A stretch of 64,000 bases of DNA, taken from Planctomycetota bacterium (GTDB lineage Bacteria > Planctomycetota > UBA1135 > UBA2386). A model generated the notes under the pieces. That model saw nothing but the letters and a program-made list of their open reading frames with translations, was not told where the DNA came from and made no database searches. The DNA lies in assembly GCA_965223545.1 (NCBI GenBank), contig OZ245006.1:1728001-1792000 (forward strand), written 5' to 3'. Within the stretch, counting starts at the first letter, position 1; each line of letters starts with the position of its first letter. Position numbers and translations under genes: made by a program. This document shows, one piece after another, positions 59,631 to 64,000 of the stretch.

Positions 59631-60383
59631 GTGATCGAGTTTCGCGGAGTCAGCAAGCTCTTTCCGGACTCGCGCGGCGGCCAGATCACCGCGGTGTGTG
59701 ACCTGGATCTCGTCGTGCGGGATGGCGAGACGCACTGCCTCATCGGCACCAGCGGCTGCGGCAAGACGACGACGCTGCGCATGGTGAACCGCCTCGAGGA
59801 GCCGACATCCGGCAGACTCCTGGTCGGCGGCGACGATACGACCGGACTCGACGTCTATGAGCTGCGCCGCAGGATCGGCTACGTCATCCAGACCGGCGGT
59901 CTGTTCCCGCACATGACCGTCGCCAAGAACGTCGGCATCATGTGCGAGCTGTCCGGTTGGGCCGCCGAGGACACCGAGAGACGCGTGACCGAGCTGCTCC
60001 GCCTCGTGAATCTCCCGGCGGACGAGTTCGCCACGCGCTATCCGGGCGAGCTGTCCGGTGGTCAGCGCCAGCGCGTCGGTGTCGCACGCGCGCTCGCACT
60101 CGACCCCGACTACGTGCTCATGGACGAGCCGTTCGGTGCGCTCGACCCGATCACGCGGGCCCAGCTTCACGACGAGCTCAAGCCGCTCATCGCGCAGCAG
60201 CACAAGACCGTGCTCCTCGTGACGCACGATCTCGGCGAGGCCTTCAAGCTCGCTGACCGGGTCTCGATCATGGATCGGGGCACGCTGATCCAGACCGGCA
60301 CGGAGGCGGAGCTCACTGCCAATCCCGCGAACGCCTTCGTCGCCGATTTCCTCGCCAGCCACGTTGTCGGGGGAACTCGTTGA
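59631..60383 (+). CDS. Osmoprotectant/betaine ABC transporter ATP-binding protein (OpuCA/OsmV-like)
   Basis: GTSGCGKTT, LRRRIGYVIQ, LSGGQRQRVG, LMDEPFGALDPITR. Confidence 0.93.
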   Translation: MIEFRGVSKLFPDSRGGQITAVCDLDLVVRDGETHCLIGTSGCGKTTTLRMVNRLEEPTSGRLLVGGDDTTGLDVYELRRRIGYVIQTGGLFPHMTVAKNVGIMCELSGWAAEDTERRVTELLRLVNLPADEFATRYPGELSGGQRQRVGVARALALDPDYVLMDEPFGALDPITRAQLHDELKPLIAQQHKTVLLVTHDLGEAFKLADRVSIMDRGTLIQTGTEAELTANPANAFVADFLASHVVGGTR

Positions 60384-61975
60384 TCAGCTTGGCAAGGTTG
60401 CTGTGCACCGGCCTCGCCGCGCTGTCGCTGGCGCTCAGTGCGAATGGCCAGACGGCCAAGATCGTCGTCGGCGCGAAGAACTTCACCGAGTCGGGCATCC
60501 TCGCCGAGCTCATGGCCCAGATGCTCGAGGCTCACACGGACCTGACGGTGGAACGGCGCATCAACCTCGGCGGAACGATGATCTGCTGGGGTGCGCTGCG
60601 CGAGGGCGAGATCGACATCTACGCGGATTACACCGGCACGGGCTGGGCCATCGTCTTGAAAGAGCCGGGCAAGATCACCGACCCCTTGCGCACGTTCTTC
60701 CACGTCCAGCAGCGCTACCTGGAGGAATACCAGATCCACTGGCTCAAGCCGTTCGGGCTGAACAACACCTACGCGCTCGCCATGGCGGAGACCAAGGCGG
60801 CAGAGCTCGGTATCGAGCGCATCTCGGACCTGCGATCGCACCAGAGCAAGATCCGCTCCGGCTTCAGCATCGAGTTCGGCAACCGCGAAGACGGCTATCC
60901 CGGACTGTCCAGGGCCTACGGGCTCGACCTGAAGCCGGCAACGCTGGAGCACGGTCTGGCATACCAGGCCATCCAGTCCGGCTCGATCGACCTGATGGAC
61001 GCCTACAGCACCGACGGCAAGCTACTGCGCTTCAGGCTTCGCGTGCTCGAGGACGACCGCGAGTTCTTCCCACCGTACAACGCCGCGCCGCTCGTGCGTG
61101 CGGACACGCTGAGAGCACATCCCGAGATCGGGCGCGTCCTTTCTCGGCTGGCGTTCCGCGTGCCGGACCACAAGGCGCAGGCGCTGAACTACGTCGTCGA
61201 GGCCAAGGGGGAGCAGCTCTCGGCTGCGGCCCGGGCTTTCCTCGAAATGGAAGAGCTGGTCGAGGGCGAGCGGGAAGATGCCAGGTCTGCCCGCGCTGCG
61301 CTCGTCGAAGTGCTGGCAGAGCGCCCCGAGCCCGGGGAGTCAACAGCGTCCAGGGCGGTCCAGACTGGCAAGCTGCTGCGTCTCCTGCTCGAGCACCTCG
61401 CCTTGACTCTCGTCTCGGTGCTGCTGGCCGCGCTCTTGGCAGTTCCCCTCGGCATCATGATCACGAAGCGGACGCGCCTGCGCCAAATAGCGCTCGGTGC
61501 TGCCGGGGTGGTGCAGACGATCCCGAGCCTCGCGCTCTTGGCGTTCATGATCCCGCTGTTCGGTCTCGACGTGAAAGCGGCGATCGCCGCGCTGTTCCTC
61601 TACGCGATCCTGCCGATCCTCAGGAACACCTACACCGGCATCACGGAGGTCGATCCGGACCTTGTCGATGCCGCGCGCGGCATGGGCATGCGCCCGAGCC
61701 AGATCCTGACTCGAGTGCAGCTCCCGCTCGCGATGCGCACGATCATGGCTGGAATCCGCACGTCGACGGTGATCAGCATCGGCGTCGCGACCCTGGCCGC
61801 GTTCATCGGTGCCGGGGGCCTCGGCGAACCAATCGTCGAAGGCCTCTACCTGAACGACACGACCCTGATCCTGGCAGGTGCCGTGCCCGCAGCACTGCTC
61901 GCGGTTGTCGCCGACGTCGGCCTGGGTCGCCTCGAGCTCGTGTTGCAGCCACGCACGCAAAGCGCACCCACGTAA
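60380..61975 (+). CDS. Fused betaine-type substrate-binding protein + permease
   Basis: GAKNFTES, NLGGT, DYTGT, NNTYAL, YSTDG, FFPPY, then QTIPSLAL, PILRNTYTG, DAARGMGM, IGAGGLG. Confidence 0.93.
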   Translation: MISLARLLCTGLAALSLALSANGQTAKIVVGAKNFTESGILAELMAQMLEAHTDLTVERRINLGGTMICWGALREGEIDIYADYTGTGWAIVLKEPGKITDPLRTFFHVQQRYLEEYQIHWLKPFGLNNTYALAMAETKAAELGIERISDLRSHQSKIRSGFSIEFGNREDGYPGLSRAYGLDLKPATLEHGLAYQAIQSGSIDLMDAYSTDGKLLRFRLRVLEDDREFFPPYNAAPLVRADTLRAHPEIGRVLSRLAFRVPDHKAQALNYVVEAKGEQLSAAARAFLEMEELVEGEREDARSARAALVEVLAERPEPGESTASRAVQTGKLLRLLLEHLALTLVSVLLAALLAVPLGIMITKRTRLRQIALGAAGVVQTIPSLALLAFMIPLFGLDVKAAIAALFLYAILPILRNTYTGITEVDPDLVDAARGMGMRPSQILTRVQLPLAMRTIMAGIRTSTVISIGVATLAAFIGAGGLGEPIVEGLYLNDTTLILAGAVPAALLAVVADVGLGRLELVLQPRTQSAPT

Positions 61976-62226
61976 CGAGGCACGCAGAAGCGCGGTAGCG
62001 CGTGGAGCTCCGGTGATGCGATGGACTCAGCGCGGCCACAGCCGCAACCGAACTCGGATGCCGCTCTCGCCGGAGCAGCTTGAAAGGCCAGACACATCCG
62101 CCGCCGCGCTGAGCCCGTTTGCCGACGACGAGGCGCGGCGCCAGGCCGGGGTCAAGGTGCTCGCTCGCAGCACCTGACGAGAAAGCGTGGTGCACGGGCG
62201 GCCGGAACGACGCCTAGGAGTTCGAA

Positions 62227-63501
62227 ATGACGATTCCCTTCGCCGTGCGACGGGTGGTCGCTGCAGTTGCGTTCACCCCCGCGTTGCTGAGCCAAGAACC
62301 GCCGGCCGCGCGCAAGCAAGAGAACGAGGCCGCACACGAGCGGATCCACATCGGACACCGCCGCGAACTGCAGTCCGAGATCCTCGGCGAGACCAGGAAG
62401 CTCATGATCTCGCTACCGCACGGCTACGAAGAGAGCGAGCAGCAGTACGGCATCGTGTACTTGCTCGATGGCGGCTGGTTGTTCGCCACGGCGGTCGCGG
62501 CGGTGCGGCACAACGCGCAAGTGCACATACCGCTGATCGTCGTCGGCATCGAGAACACGGATCGCACCCGAGATCTGTCGCCGCCCGCTACCAAGAGCTG
62601 TGGCACAGAGGCGATGTTCGAGACCGCCGGGGGAGCGGCGGACTTCCGTCATTTCCTCGTCGAGGACCTGCGACCGTTCCTTCGCGAGAACTACCGCACG
62701 ACGGACCTCAGCATCTTGATCGGCCATTCGCTCGGCGGCTTGTTCGTGTTCGACACGCTCGTGCACCAGCCCGATTCGTTCTCGGCGTACTTCTGCATGA
62801 GCCCGAGTCTGTGGTGGGATGACGAGGCGCTCGTCGAGCAGCTCGAAGACCTCGAGTCGGACCATCCGATGTTCGGCCCGTTCGCGCACTTTTCGGTCGG
62901 TGACGAGGGCGGCACGATGAACCTTCCGCTCGAGCGGGTGGTCTGGCACTACAAGGACCGCGCGCCGAGCGACTGCCGCTGGCACGTGGCCCGCTTTCCC
63001 GGCATGGACCACTGTCCGGTCGCGAGTCCGTCGCTCTACGACGGGTTGATGGCGTTCTTCGAGCCGCTCCGTATGGTCTTCGAAGATTCGGCGATCACGT
63101 CGTTTGCCGAGCTGCAAGCGCGCTACGACCAACTGGAGAAGGAGTACGGTACCGAGCTGAAGCCGACCGGCGATGTGATCGCGCGAACCGCACTGCGCAT
63201 CGCGAGGAACGGGCAAGTGGAGAATGCGCTCGCGTTTCTCGATGCCGCGAAAGCACTCGGCACGAATCCGACTGAGCTCGCCTTGACGCGCGGGGGCGTC
63301 CTGGCCCATGCCGGTCGCTTCGACGAAGCGATCCGTTGTTTGGAGGCCGCGGCCGAGAAGCAGAAAGAGGAGGGAGACTTCTTCGCCAGCCTGATCAAGG
63401 GCGCGATCCAGGAAGTGAAAAAGCAGCAGGCCGAGAAACAGCAGGCCGAGAAGAAGCCGGAGACGGACTCCCGATCGGCGGACGGGAGAAAGTGGCCGTA
63501 G
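62227..63501 (+). CDS. Secreted alpha/beta hydrolase (IroE-like esterase) with C-terminal TPR
   Basis: VYLLDG, VVGIENTDRTRDL, GHSLGG nucleophile motif, SPSLWW; AGGAG ribosome-binding site. Confidence 0.88.
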   Translation: MTIPFAVRRVVAAVAFTPALLSQEPPAARKQENEAAHERIHIGHRRELQSEILGETRKLMISLPHGYEESEQQYGIVYLLDGGWLFATAVAAVRHNAQVHIPLIVVGIENTDRTRDLSPPATKSCGTEAMFETAGGAADFRHFLVEDLRPFLRENYRTTDLSILIGHSLGGLFVFDTLVHQPDSFSAYFCMSPSLWWDDEALVEQLEDLESDHPMFGPFAHFSVGDEGGTMNLPLERVVWHYKDRAPSDCRWHVARFPGMDHCPVASPSLYDGLMAFFEPLRMVFEDSAITSFAELQARYDQLEKEYGTELKPTGDVIARTALRIARNGQVENALAFLDAAKALGTNPTELALTRGGVLAHAGRFDEAIRCLEAAAEKQKEEGDFFASLIKGAIQEVKKQQAEKQQAEKKPETDSRSADGRKWP

Positions 63502-63509
63502 CGATGCGG

Positions 63510-63860
63510 CGTCCGCATGCCACGTCGAACTGGTCTCGTCCCGGGCTTCCCATGTCCCTCACCCTGCTCGGGGTGCTGGTCGACACCGCACCGTTTGCGG
63601 CGCAGCAACGAGCACAAGGGGCGATTCGCCGTCGCAATTCCGACCGTGAGGGCTGTAGGGAGCCGCCCGCCGACGTTCCACCACCTCCAGCGAACTGGCA
63701 AGCGCCGTTCGCGGCGATGGCGGAGTCCGGCGAGCTGATCTGGCGCACGATCGACGAGCTGCACCGAGCGGTTCAGGAGTTCCTCGGCCCGGTGCTCGAG
63801 GAGGGCGAGACTGGTGTCGTCTGGAGTCCGGCGGAATGGCGCTGGGGCGGAGGAATGTAA
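63510..63860 (+). pseudogene. Probable C-terminal remnant of an AbiEii-family nucleotidyltransferase toxin
   Basis: PPPPANWQAPFAAMA...FLGPVL...WSPAEWRW resembles AbiEii C-termini (recalled similarity only); no N-terminal catalytic part. Confidence 0.45.
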
Positions 63861-64000
63861 GATATCCGCCCTCCCCCATGAGACCTGCTGGACGATGCCG
63901 CGCGCCGCTTCCGCGGGAGACGCGGGGGCAAGTCGGTCGCACGCAGCCATACCACGCCAACCTCGGCCACCGTTGCTCCGACAACGGACTCGCAGACACC

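Noticed and set aside
62016..62177. Short ORF with PLSPEQL, vaguely like an EctD/PhyH N-terminus
   Set aside because: Too short, with no further supporting motifs.

Overview
High-GC bacterial DNA whose gene content (many ECF sigma factors paired with Ser/Thr kinases, zinc-ribbon membrane proteins, secreted beta-propellers) suggests a Planctomycetota-type genome; the taxon is an inference. The left ~25 kb is mostly core: lspA (partial), dksA/traR, xerD, uvrC, uvrB, ggt, DJ-1, lemA, tRNA-Cys(GCA) and tRNA-Leu(TAA). It also holds a REP-associated tyrosine transposase (RAYT) flanked by 35-bp inverted repeats. To the right of tRNA-Leu is an accessory-looking region with five ECF sigma modules, four of them kinase-linked, an IS1-like element, several gene remnants, and an operon of a double methyltransferase (EgtD-like) plus a betaine-type ABC transporter. 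The strongest hidden signal is a lipoprotein gene (33654-34226, minus strand) that the ORF track splits up. It has two in-frame UGA codons at equivalent positions of two HMA-like repeats, each followed by a near-identical SECIS-like hairpin, so it is a candidate two-selenocysteine protein, divergent from an ECF/anti-sigma pair. Other highlights are a C-terminal domain shared by five unrelated secreted proteins, a circularly permuted LamG-like domain inside a kinase WD40 sensor, and a promoter enclosed by 12-bp inverted repeats next to xerD. All assignments were made by eye, with no database searches.
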